The notes under the pieces were generated by a model. The model made no database searches. It was not told the DNA's origin and saw only the letters and a list, made by a program, of their open reading frames with translations. A stretch of DNA of 64,000 nucleotides from Alphaproteobacteria bacterium (GTDB lineage: Bacteria > Planctomycetota > Phycisphaerae > UBA1845), in assembly GCA_028285105.1 (NCBI GenBank), contig JANQQE010000029.1, positions 40,256 through 104,255 of the forward strand. Direction: 5' to 3'. Shown piece after piece: positions 55,563 through 64,000 of the stretch; the stretch's first letter is position 1, and every line of letters starts with the position of its first letter. Both the position numbers and the translations under genes were made by a program.

Positions 55563-58256
55563 ATGATTGAGAAGTTCACCAAAGCGAGCGGATTAATGAT
55601 GACCTCGGCTGACCGTTTCTTTCGGCGAAATATCAGCGCTATCGCTGAGTTACCGCTTCTGGCAGTAGTGGTTGTGACATGCGTGGCGGCGGTCCCTTGC
55701 GGTTTGCGCGGCGCAGTCGTTTCAATCGGCGCTGTCAAAGACAACACCATCTTTGGCGAATCCAACTCGTTGAGTAATGGTGTTGGGGATCACTTTTTTT
55801 CGGGCACCACAAGTGTCGGAAATGTTCGCCGCGGACTGGTGGCATTCGACATCGCGGGAAACATTCCCGCCGGTTCAATCATCAACTCTGTGACCCTGAC
55901 TCTCAATATGTCGCGGAGTACCGGTTCACCGGAATTTGTGTCCCTTCATAGGGTGCTTACGGATTGGGGCGAGGGAGCCTCTGACGCAAGCGGAAACGAG
56001 GGCGGCGGGGCGTTTCTTGCGAACAATGATGCGACTTGGCTATACGCTCGATACAACAGTTCGAGTCCTGTTTCCTCTGACTTTTGGGTAACGCAAGGAG
56101 GTGACTTTGAACCATTTCCGAGTGAAACGCAGACGATTATTGGAAATGCGTTTTACACCTGGGGCAGTTCCAAAGGTATGGTCGCAGATGTGCAAGGGTG
56201 GCTCGACAATCCTTCCGTAAATTTTGGTTGGATTCTGATTGGCAACGAGAAAATCGGCACGTCGTCGAAACGCTTCGATACCAAGGACAATCCGAACCCA
56301 AGCGTTCGACCGGACTTGGCCATCGACTTTACACCGCCATCGGCGCAAGGCGCGTGTTGCGACGGTGTCGGATCGTGCTACACGACAAGCATGACTGGCT
56401 GCAACAATGCAGGCGACTCATATGAAGGCGATGGAACGACGTGTTCGCCGAATCCATGCAGCACTGCAACGGGGGCATGCTGCGACGATAATGGATCTTG
56501 CACACTGGAAAGTGAAAGCAATTGCACGACTTCGGGTGGAACGTATCAAGGTGATTTCACTATCTGCACAAATGGATTGTGCCCCGTCGTCTTAGCGCCA
56601 TTTCTCGATCCACTACCCATTCCTCCAATCGCAACGCCCACGACAGGCACTGCTGGTCAAGCGGCAACGTACGACATCGAAATCGTGCAGGTCGAGCAGC
56701 AACTTCACAGGCATCTGCCGCCGACAACTCTGTGGACCTATGACGGTGTTTTTCCGGGGCCGACGATTCTCGCCACGCGCGACCAACCGGTAACGGTCAA
56801 TTGGATCAACAATCTTCAAAACGCAAACGGCACACCGCGAACCGATCACTATCTCGATGTCAATCTCTGCCCACATGGCGCAGAGGACGTCCCAAAGACA
56901 GTGGTTCATCTTCATGGCGGTCATGTCCCGGCCGATGTCGATGGTTATCCGGAGGATGCTTATCTGCCTGGGGCCATGTTGAGTTACCAATACCCAAACA
57001 AGCAACTTCCGGGCCTGCTTTGGTACCACGATCATGCGCTGGGTATCACGCGCCTTAATGTATACATGGGTCTTGCAGGTGCCTACATCATTTCCGATGC
57101 ATTTGAAGAAGCATTGAATTTGCCTTCAGGTGAATTCGAAGTGCCGCTGATTTTGCAGGATCGAAGTTTCCATCCCGACGGCTCGCTTAAATATCCTTCT
57201 GGTCTACCGGATCATTTTTTCGGCGATACGATGTTGGCCAACGGAATGGTCACGCCATTCATGGAAGTCAAGAAGGGCAAGTATCGATTCAGAGTGCTCA
57301 ATGGTTGCAATTCGCGCACATTGACTTTGTCGCTTTCAACCGGGCAGAGCTTTCAACAGATCGGTACAGATGGAGGACTGTTGCCTGCACCAGTGACGCT
57401 TTCAGAAGTGACGTTGGGACCGGCGGAACGTGCTGACCTCATTCTCGACTTCGCCGAGAACCTGGCCGGTGAAGAAATCATACTTGAGAATTCGGCGCCA
57501 GCACCGTTTCCTGGAACGCCTGGCCTGGGTGTTTTACCGAACGTGCTGAAGTTCGTTGTCACCAATGTTGCTGACTCAACCGATCCGTTACCGGCAACGT
57601 TAAGACCTATGGCAGAACTCGACCCAGACGATGCCGTGATCAACCGCGACTTTGTCTTGCAGAAGATACCGCACCCATGTTCAGGGACAGCATGGAAGAT
57701 CAACGATTTGCACTGGGGCGACATCGTCGAATTCCCGCGTTTGGGTACGACCGAAACGTGGACGTTCATCAATCGATCCGGAATCTCTCACCCGATGCAC
57801 GTTCACCTCGATTTTTTTCAGGTGTTGTATTCGCAGGACTTCATTGTTGTGGGCGAGAACATCACCACGAACGGTCCTAGAATTCCGCCTGCCCCCAATG
57901 AATCCGGTTGGAAAGACACCGTCATGGTTCCCCCGTTCAAACTCGTCAAAGTGGTGACGCGATTCGAAGACTACTCGGGACTGTTTCCATACCACTGTCA
58001 CATTCTCGAACACGAAGATCACGACATGATGCGTCAATTTCGGGCAGTTCGCTTCGGCGATGCAGATGTTGATGGTGACATCGATCTTGCCGACTATGGC
58101 GTCATGTTTGAATGTCTCAACGGACCGGATCTCGCACCCAGCCCCAATTCTCCGCCTCCGACGTCAGCCGATTGTCTAGAGGCGTTCGATGCTGATCAGG
58201 ACGGCGATGTCGATCTCGATGACTTCAAAAACATGCAGTTGAATTTCACCATGTGA
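55563..58256 (+). CDS. Secreted multicopper oxidase (CotA/bilirubin oxidase-like) fused to DNRLRE-like, GACC Cys-repeat and dockerin-like domains
   Basis: VHLHGGH, WYHDH, HPMHVH, YHCHILEHEDHDMM; N-terminal VKDNTI...RRGLVAFD; two GACC repeats; GDADVDGDIDLADY tail. Confidence 0.92.
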   Translation: MIEKFTKASGLMMTSADRFFRRNISAIAELPLLAVVVVTCVAAVPCGLRGAVVSIGAVKDNTIFGESNSLSNGVGDHFFSGTTSVGNVRRGLVAFDIAGNIPAGSIINSVTLTLNMSRSTGSPEFVSLHRVLTDWGEGASDASGNEGGGAFLANNDATWLYARYNSSSPVSSDFWVTQGGDFEPFPSETQTIIGNAFYTWGSSKGMVADVQGWLDNPSVNFGWILIGNEKIGTSSKRFDTKDNPNPSVRPDLAIDFTPPSAQGACCDGVGSCYTTSMTGCNNAGDSYEGDGTTCSPNPCSTATGACCDDNGSCTLESESNCTTSGGTYQGDFTICTNGLCPVVLAPFLDPLPIPPIATPTTGTAGQAATYDIEIVQVEQQLHRHLPPTTLWTYDGVFPGPTILATRDQPVTVNWINNLQNANGTPRTDHYLDVNLCPHGAEDVPKTVVHLHGGHVPADVDGYPEDAYLPGAMLSYQYPNKQLPGLLWYHDHALGITRLNVYMGLAGAYIISDAFEEALNLPSGEFEVPLILQDRSFHPDGSLKYPSGLPDHFFGDTMLANGMVTPFMEVKKGKYRFRVLNGCNSRTLTLSLSTGQSFQQIGTDGGLLPAPVTLSEVTLGPAERADLILDFAENLAGEEIILENSAPAPFPGTPGLGVLPNVLKFVVTNVADSTDPLPATLRPMAELDPDDAVINRDFVLQKIPHPCSGTAWKINDLHWGDIVEFPRLGTTETWTFINRSGISHPMHVHLDFFQVLYSQDFIVVGENITTNGPRIPPAPNESGWKDTVMVPPFKLVKVVTRFEDYSGLFPYHCHILEHEDHDMMRQFRAVRFGDADVDGDIDLADYGVMFECLNGPDLAPSPNSPPPTSADCLEAFDADQDGDVDLDDFKNMQLNFTM

Positions 58257-58615
58257 CCCTCTCAGGGGTGATCTTCGATAGATGAATCGAGAAATCGGGG
58301 GCTCTTCACTGCAAATTGGTTTCGAAGAATGCTGCACGAAGGGACCCAAGACATGCCGATCAAGTCAGAAATTGCGGGTTATGGCGGTTTCAACGTTTAT
58401 CGAGCTGGCGTGTGGCGCAGGAAGTATCGAAAATGAGTCCAAAAATAGGACCATTGACGCCGGCTGGCCGATTTCGATATGCTCCAATCTAGGTGTAATA
58501 GTTTCATACGAATTCGCCCTTTGGATAATCCGCAGGGTGTTGAAGAATTCTGCGCCACTCTCTCAAATTTCTCGATTTCGTGGCGGCTCTTGCTCTCTTT
58601 AAGGAGGTACAATTC

Positions 58616-59389
58616 ATGAAGAAAGTTCTCGCGTTGTCTGCGTTGGTGGGGATGCTGACTGTCCCAGCAATGGCAGACTTGATTCCCAACAGCACGGAAA
58701 TGCAAGTCAGCACGGAATTGTATTCCGGCGACGTTAGTCGTTTGCTTGAGAACCGTGTTCCTGTCGGTTCAAACCGTGCGCTAACCGGCAACGCCTACGA
58801 TGCCCGTTATCTCGGGCAATCGACTGGTGGCGGAGCCGGATTCCTGGAAAACGGTTCCGGAGCTGGCTCAATCTTTTATGACGGTAACCTGGCAACTGTA
58901 GGAACCAGCCTTCTTCCTCCAGGGACCGATACCTTGTCTGTTCAGGAATTCGAGGTAGTGAATCCCGCTTCGCAACCCTTGGCTGCATTGCAGATTCAAA
59001 TTCAGCTTTCGACTGACGGTGCTGATATCTTGCCAAGCGGCTTTCAGTTCGGCCCAACCCAGCCGATCGATCTGGTGCGCTTCGACTCGGGCGGTTTCGC
59101 TGCGGGCACAACTGCCATCGACCCTGCCAACGGCACCTTCGATGTCATCGACGCCTTCGCGGTCGGTCTGGACTCGGGTGGAACCGTCGTTTCCGGTCCG
59201 TTCAACATGGTCAATGGTGTGGTCGCCGGAACAACTGGCGTAAATACTCTTTTTGACGCTTCGATTTTCCCGGGCGATGGTCTTGGCATCACCAGCATCG
59301 TTCAGGTCTGGAACATTACGCCAGAACCCGCTTCCATTGCTTTGTTGGCATTGGGCGGCTTGGCGATTATTCGTCGTCGTCGGGGTTAA
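58616..59389 (+). CDS. PEP-CTERM sorting-domain protein
   Basis: AAGGAGG SD; signal MKKVLALSALVGMLTVPAMA; C-terminus ITPEPASIALLALGGLAIIRRRRG. Confidence 0.92.
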   Translation: MKKVLALSALVGMLTVPAMADLIPNSTEMQVSTELYSGDVSRLLENRVPVGSNRALTGNAYDARYLGQSTGGGAGFLENGSGAGSIFYDGNLATVGTSLLPPGTDTLSVQEFEVVNPASQPLAALQIQIQLSTDGADILPSGFQFGPTQPIDLVRFDSGGFAAGTTAIDPANGTFDVIDAFAVGLDSGGTVVSGPFNMVNGVVAGTTGVNTLFDASIFPGDGLGITSIVQVWNITPEPASIALLALGGLAIIRRRRG

Positions 59390-59432
59390 TCGCTTATAGG
59401 CGATGAACTCTTTGTAAAGAGTCCAAATACAC

Positions 59433-59471
59433 AAGGCGGGTGTCGGGTTTTCCGACATCCGCCTTTTGTTT
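59433..59471 (+). terminator. Rho-independent terminator, possibly bidirectional
   Basis: 14-bp stem AAGGCGGGTGTCGG / CCGACATCCGCCTT (one G:U pair), loop GTTTT, T-rich tail; lies between convergent genes. Confidence 0.85.
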
Positions 59472-59566
59472 GTCTAACATATCCGTTCGATGGACAATCG
59501 AATCACGGCAGCCTTCGCCAATCTTGATACAAATGAAGGGCATGCACGATTTGTCTTGAATGCCAG

Positions 59567-60043
59567 CTACATTTCGCTGGCTAGCACGACGAATATCAAC
59601 GTTGCGATTGCAGCCGCCAGCAGGATCATCGAGCGTTCTGCCCCTTCGCTAAATGCGTAGGTTCGTTCAAGTCGGGCGTGACGGTGTTGGCGTCGTCTGG
59701 TGCGTCGTCTTGCGTGAACCTTCCCAACGACCGGACCAATTGCCACCGGGACGCGACAATGCGTGCAGGCAGCCGAATGGCCGGCCAGCGTATGACCGTA
59801 ATCGCTTTCCGCACCGCATGCCTCGCACGTTGCCTGTATCGTTGCGGGCAGCGTCATCCGGCGAAAACAGCACGGACAGATCATTCGCACCGAGTCGGTC
59901 GCCACATCGTGGGCATTGGTCGCGTTGCATGCCCCGCAGCGCACGTGGTAGACCTTGGTGTGTGGCAGCGACGATTTGATCGACGTGCGCAGCGGTTCGA
60001 TGGCATCGACGATGGACGCGTCAGTCTTGGTTGTCGTTTTCAT
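59567..60043 (-). CDS. Zinc-ribbon protein with C-terminal membrane anchor
   Basis: Four CxxC pairs (CGAC, CPCC, CEAC, CTHC), Arg-rich stretch, terminal TM ILLAAAIATLIFVVLA. Confidence 0.75.
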   Translation of the reverse strand: MKTTTKTDASIVDAIEPLRTSIKSSLPHTKVYHVRCGACNATNAHDVATDSVRMICPCCFRRMTLPATIQATCEACGAESDYGHTLAGHSAACTHCRVPVAIGPVVGKVHARRRTRRRQHRHARLERTYAFSEGAERSMILLAAAIATLIFVVLASEM

Positions 60044-60097
60044 GTCTGATTTCCAATTTGGCGATCTCTGAATTTAACGATCTCTGAAATCGTCCCC

Positions 60098-61465
60098 TCA
60101 AACGCTTCCGACCATATCGAACAAGCCCGCAGCTTCTGAAACCACGTGGCGGTATTTTCCCGAACCGGCGACCGCAATGTCTTTGACTGACCGCACGTTG
60201 ACAGGCAGTGGACCAAGTCGCCGTCGCAGGTGGCTGACGATCCGTTCGCAATTCATCCGATGGCCCATCCCATCGTCGACAACTTGCACATCGATCGAAC
60301 GGTCGCAGTTTTGATGTATCTGAAATTGCTTAACGCCGTCCAATTCGCGCATCACGTAAATCGCTGCCAAGGGATGCGTCAACGTTCCATCCGCGCCGAC
60401 CAGATGATCGCCGCGACGGCCGTCGATAGGTCCGATCAAACTCAGCCCCCGTCCGCATTCGCATCGCCCGGTTGTTTGGGTGGCCATGTCGCCGGTGCGG
60501 TATCGAATCAGTGGAAGGGCAAAAGCATCGAGATGGGTGAGAACGATCTCACCGCTTTTTCCTTGGGCGACGGCGTATCCGGTTTCATCGAGAATCTCGA
60601 CGATGACGTTTTGATCCATCACGTGCATTGAACCCGCCGGGCACTCGTGGGCAATGAATCCACCGTCTCGGCTGCCATATCCGTTGACGATGGGAACGCC
60701 AAAGTAATCGCTAAGGGTACGTCGCTGTCGAACGTCTACGACCTCACCGGTGACAAAGACGGCTCTAAGATTGCGGGCGTGGTATGGCTTGTTCGACTGT
60801 ATGCAGAATTCTGCGAAACGAGTCAGGCTGGACGGGTATCCGAATATGCTCGCCGGGTCGAATGCATCGATCTGTCGATGGTAATGCGACATTGTTTCGG
60901 GATTCAGCCGAAATGCGGCCAGCAACAACTCGTTCGTCATCCGATCGCGCATTCGTTTGCAACGATCCTGCCCGCGAATCTCGAGCGGTGAGCCCCAGAG
61001 GTAGACTTCCCGATCGCCGTGCTGCACACCGAACCAGGCGTGGGTCATGATTCGGGCGGCTTTGTCGTAGGCGATGCGCCGTCGATCGACCATGAACGAC
61101 AGGGGCTCGCCGGTCGATCCACCAGTGTTAAACGGAATCGGACCGCCATCGACCGATGCGTTGGTCATGTCACGCTGATTGCTGCGAATCGTGTCCTTGT
61201 CGATGCAGGGCAGCGCTTCGAGCATGGCGAACGGATCGTCGCTTGCTGCTTCGAGGCCGAGTTCGGCGAAGAGGTTGCGGTACCAGGGGCAGTTCGATTG
61301 CGCAAGGATTAGAAGCGACCGCAGCTTGCCGCGTTGTAGCGTGCGAAGTTGGCCGGGCGCGTGCCATTGTGCCGCATCGCATTCGCGCGCATATGCAAAC
61401 GTTCGCCTGCGCAGCAAACGTTCGAGCAGCGGTGAAATGAGATGTCGTACGATCCGCGGATGCAC
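60098..61465 (-). CDS. PaaK/CapK-like adenylate-forming ligase family protein
   Basis: NTGGSTGEP P-loop, GYPSSL, VNGYGSRDG, PLIRYRTGD, IDGRRGD, GSGKYRHV; start probably GTG 61465. Confidence 0.85.
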   Translation of the reverse strand: MHPRIVRHLISPLLERLLRRRTFAYARECDAAQWHAPGQLRTLQRGKLRSLLILAQSNCPWYRNLFAELGLEAASDDPFAMLEALPCIDKDTIRSNQRDMTNASVDGGPIPFNTGGSTGEPLSFMVDRRRIAYDKAARIMTHAWFGVQHGDREVYLWGSPLEIRGQDRCKRMRDRMTNELLLAAFRLNPETMSHYHRQIDAFDPASIFGYPSSLTRFAEFCIQSNKPYHARNLRAVFVTGEVVDVRQRRTLSDYFGVPIVNGYGSRDGGFIAHECPAGSMHVMDQNVIVEILDETGYAVAQGKSGEIVLTHLDAFALPLIRYRTGDMATQTTGRCECGRGLSLIGPIDGRRGDHLVGADGTLTHPLAAIYVMRELDGVKQFQIHQNCDRSIDVQVVDDGMGHRMNCERIVSHLRRRLGPLPVNVRSVKDIAVAGSGKYRHVVSEAAGLFDMVGSV

Positions 61466-61925
61466 GTTAGACCCTTTATGTTCGGATGACGAATGCGCAA
61501 TTTGCGCGCAGCTTCTCTCATACAATCGTCTGTTTACTCAATCGACGGTTTCAGACCGCCCCTTGCGATCCGACGCCCGAAAATAATGCTGTCGATGACA
61601 CTGCAAACCGACGTGCGTATCGTGCGACTGCCAAAAACGACGGGCGAACCGCAGACAAACACTGCAAATCGCCCAAATGTTCAATCCGGTTGAACGACGT
61701 TCAATGATGCGGCGATCAGTGCAGAAGTCGACAAATCAACCCTCGGCAGATACGTTTCAATCGATGTAAAATGTCTGGCTTGCAATTGAGTCGAGTTGGA
61801 ACTCGATCGGATTCGCGTGTCATCGATGACACACGATGGCTAGTTCGATGAAGCGGGCCCATGGGCTCTTAATCGCAATCCGGTTTTTGTTCGGACGTCT
61901 GTCGCCAAATCGAGGAGCGACCCCT

Positions 61926-63602
61926 TTGGATCTCTGGATCATACTCCGCGACATCGTTGTTCTCCTGGGAGCATCGCTTCTGGTTGGAGGCGTATTCTCT
62001 CGGTTCGGTCAGAGTCCAATTGTTGGGTATCTCGTCGCAGGGATGGCGTTGGGTGGCCCTGGAAGTCTTCAAGCGGTTCAATCGGAACACGAAATCGAAG
62101 CCATCGCTGAACTGGGCGTGGCGCTGCTTCTGTTCAGCCTTGGGTTGGAGTTTTCAATCCAGCGATTGAAGGAATTGGGCACCAAACCGCTGCTCGGTGG
62201 CGTTGCCCAAATCGTACTCACCATCCTTCTGGCATTCATTGGTGCGAAGTTATTCGGTTTGCAAACAAGGGCGGCGATCGCATTCGGTGCGATGGTCGCG
62301 CTGAGCAGTACGGCTGTCGTGCTTCGCATCCTGGGCGAACGCGGTGATATTGAAATGCCGCACGGTCGCAACAGCTTGGGTGTTCTGCTCACGCAAGACA
62401 TGGCCGTCGTCCCGTTGGCCTTGTTGATGACCATCTTAGGTGGTGACGGAAACCCCGGTGAAGTCGCGTGGAACGTTGCGAAATTGTTGATGATGGCCAG
62501 CGGGTTGATCGTCGGATTGTATCTCATCAATAAAGTTGCGACGTTGGCATTGGGGACGTTGACCCTTTATCGCAATCGTGAATTGACCGTGATCTTCGCG
62601 GTCGTGATGGGGTTGGGGGCGGCATGGGCGGCACATGCGGCGGGCATCTCGCCGGCGCTTGGGGCGTTTGTAGCTGGAATGCTTCTGGGCAGTTCGGCGT
62701 TCGCGACGCAAATTCGCGCAGACGTGTCCCCACTTCAAGTCGTTCTACTCACATTGTTCTTCGGAGCGGCAGGAATGGTTGCCGACCCGATCTGGATTCT
62801 CAAAAACTGGCACATCGTCGGCGCGGTGGTGGTTGCGCTGACGATCGGAAAGTTGATCGTCATCTGGGTGATATTCCGGGCATTCGGGCAGGTGACGCGG
62901 GTGGCGGCTGCGACTGGATTGTGCCTCGCCCAAGTTGGCGAATTCGCTTTCGTGCTGGGCTCGATCGGCCGTAAAAGTGGTGTTGTTTCGGAGGATACCT
63001 ATGCCCTTGTCGTCTCTGCCGCCATTGTCTCGTTTTTTCTAAGCGCGTTTCTTGTACCGCTCGCGCCTAGGTTTGGCGATTGGATGGCGAGGCTGTTGGG
63101 TTCTGAACCTTCGTCGGCAGACGATTCGACAAGGGCGAGCGAACCGCCGGATGTGGTCATCATCGGCTTTGGGCCAGCCGGTCAAATCGTCGCACGTGCT
63201 TTGGTAGACAAGTCCATTCGCGTGACGGTTTTGGAGCTAAACCAGGCAGGCGTTAAGAAGGCTCAGCAGTTGGGTTTTCGTGGTGAACTTGGCGACGCAA
63301 CGCAGCGTGAAGTGCTGGCCCACGCTCAATTGAATCAGTGCAAGGTCGTGGTCATCACCGTACCGCATCACCAATCCGGCTTGACGATACTCGAGCATGT
63401 CCGAGATCATGCGCCGCATGTGAAAGTGATTGTAAGGTCTCGCTATGAACGCCATGTAGAAAGTATGTACGCGGCAGGGGCGCACGTCGTCGCCGGAGAC
63501 GAGCAGCAAGTCGGCGAATCGTTGGCCAATCATCTGTGCAATTGGCTCGAAGCCCAGATGAATTCGACATCTTCTATCCGGCCTGAACCTACGAAGATGT
63601 AG
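61926..63602 (+). CDS. CPA2 cation:proton antiporter with TrkA-N (RCK) domain (KefC/YbaL-like)
   Basis: AELGVALLLFSLGLEFS, ALSSTAVV, GVLLTQD, LAQVGEFAFVL, VIIGFGPAG; TTG 61926 with GAGGAG SD. Confidence 0.92.
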   Translation: MDLWIILRDIVVLLGASLLVGGVFSRFGQSPIVGYLVAGMALGGPGSLQAVQSEHEIEAIAELGVALLLFSLGLEFSIQRLKELGTKPLLGGVAQIVLTILLAFIGAKLFGLQTRAAIAFGAMVALSSTAVVLRILGERGDIEMPHGRNSLGVLLTQDMAVVPLALLMTILGGDGNPGEVAWNVAKLLMMASGLIVGLYLINKVATLALGTLTLYRNRELTVIFAVVMGLGAAWAAHAAGISPALGAFVAGMLLGSSAFATQIRADVSPLQVVLLTLFFGAAGMVADPIWILKNWHIVGAVVVALTIGKLIVIWVIFRAFGQVTRVAAATGLCLAQVGEFAFVLGSIGRKSGVVSEDTYALVVSAAIVSFFLSAFLVPLAPRFGDWMARLLGSEPSSADDSTRASEPPDVVIIGFGPAGQIVARALVDKSIRVTVLELNQAGVKKAQQLGFRGELGDATQREVLAHAQLNQCKVVVITVPHHQSGLTILEHVRDHAPHVKVIVRSRYERHVESMYAAGAHVVAGDEQQVGESLANHLCNWLEAQMNSTSSIRPEPTKM

Positions 63603-63637
63603 CTTTCCTGCAACCGAAACTGAGGTAGCCTTTGGGA

Positions 63638-64000
63638 TCATGGAGACGGAGAGATGGCCATCATCTCCAAAAGCTTCGCTCTGACGTCGGGCCAGTCTTT
63701 ATCGATAATGCTGTAATAGACCGAATCGCGGAAGTGCCCGTCGGGCATGATCATGTGCTGGCGGTGGAGTCCTTCGCGGGTAGCTCCGATGCGTTCGAGG
63801 GCCCGCTGCGAACGGAGGTTGCGGTTGTCGGTCTTGAACTCGACGCGGATCGCCCCGAGCGTGTCGAACGCATGCGACAGCAGCAACCATTTGCAGTGCG
63901 TGTTAATCGGCGTCCGCCGAGCTGCAGCCCCCAGCCAAGTGTAGCCAATCTCCAAAGAGCGATGCGGCCGGCGAATGTTTAAGAACCGAGTCGAACCGAC
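63638..64000 (-). CDS. RimJ/RimL-family GNAT acetyltransferase, 5'-truncated
   Basis: Frame open to the window end (VGSTRFLNI...LEIGYTW); RVEFKTDNRNLRSQRALERIGA..EG; RDSVYYSII..DWP. Confidence 0.9.
   Translation of the reverse strand, partial: VGSTRFLNIRRPHRSLEIGYTWLGAAARRTPINTHCKWLLLSHAFDTLGAIRVEFKTDNRNLRSQRALERIGATREGLHRQHMIMPDGHFRDSVYYSIIDKDWPDVRAKLLEMMAISPSP

Noticed and set aside
1-64000. CRISPR array, IS elements, rRNA
   Set aside because: No regularly spaced nucleotide repeats, transposase motifs or rRNA signatures seen; the repeats found are protein-level.

Overview
Gene-dense chromosomal window of about 42 CDS. It is most likely from a Planctomycetota genome, probably Phycisphaerae; this is inferred from TIGR02999-type ECF sigma/Ser-Thr kinase pairs, dockerin-like C-terminal tails, GACC Cys repeats and a PEP-CTERM protein. 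I found no rRNA, tRNA, CRISPR array or transposase. In order, the window holds: a 5'-truncated dockerin/cohesin-like protein; a PhoBR-like two-component pair; two mirror-image modules of [large exported protein] divergent from [ECF sigma + Ser/Thr kinase-TPR]; a 12 kb signal-transduction island; a Cys-rich disintegrin-like lipoprotein; a desaturase/ufaD-ufaO-cfa (furan fatty acid-type) lipid operon; a catabolic cluster; and then secreted enzymes and housekeeping genes. The best candidate for an undescribed system is at 43800-50118. An RpiR regulator lies divergent from a four-gene operon joined by ATGA overlaps (KamA-family radical-SAM/PLP 2,3-aminomutase, PcaI, PcaJ, class III aminotransferase), and a PcaF-type thiolase lies convergent to it. 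By eye, the aminomutase has Arg where lysine 2,3-aminomutase has its lysine-binding Asp293 and lacks Asp330, which points to an acidic substrate. Together these suggest a route from an alpha-amino diacid (2-aminoadipate, or glutamate) to the beta-amino diacid, then the 3-oxo diacid, then succinyl-CoA + acetyl-CoA (malonyl-CoA if glutamate), which would reuse the lower beta-ketoadipate pathway. All family assignments come from motif recognition by eye; no database searches were run.
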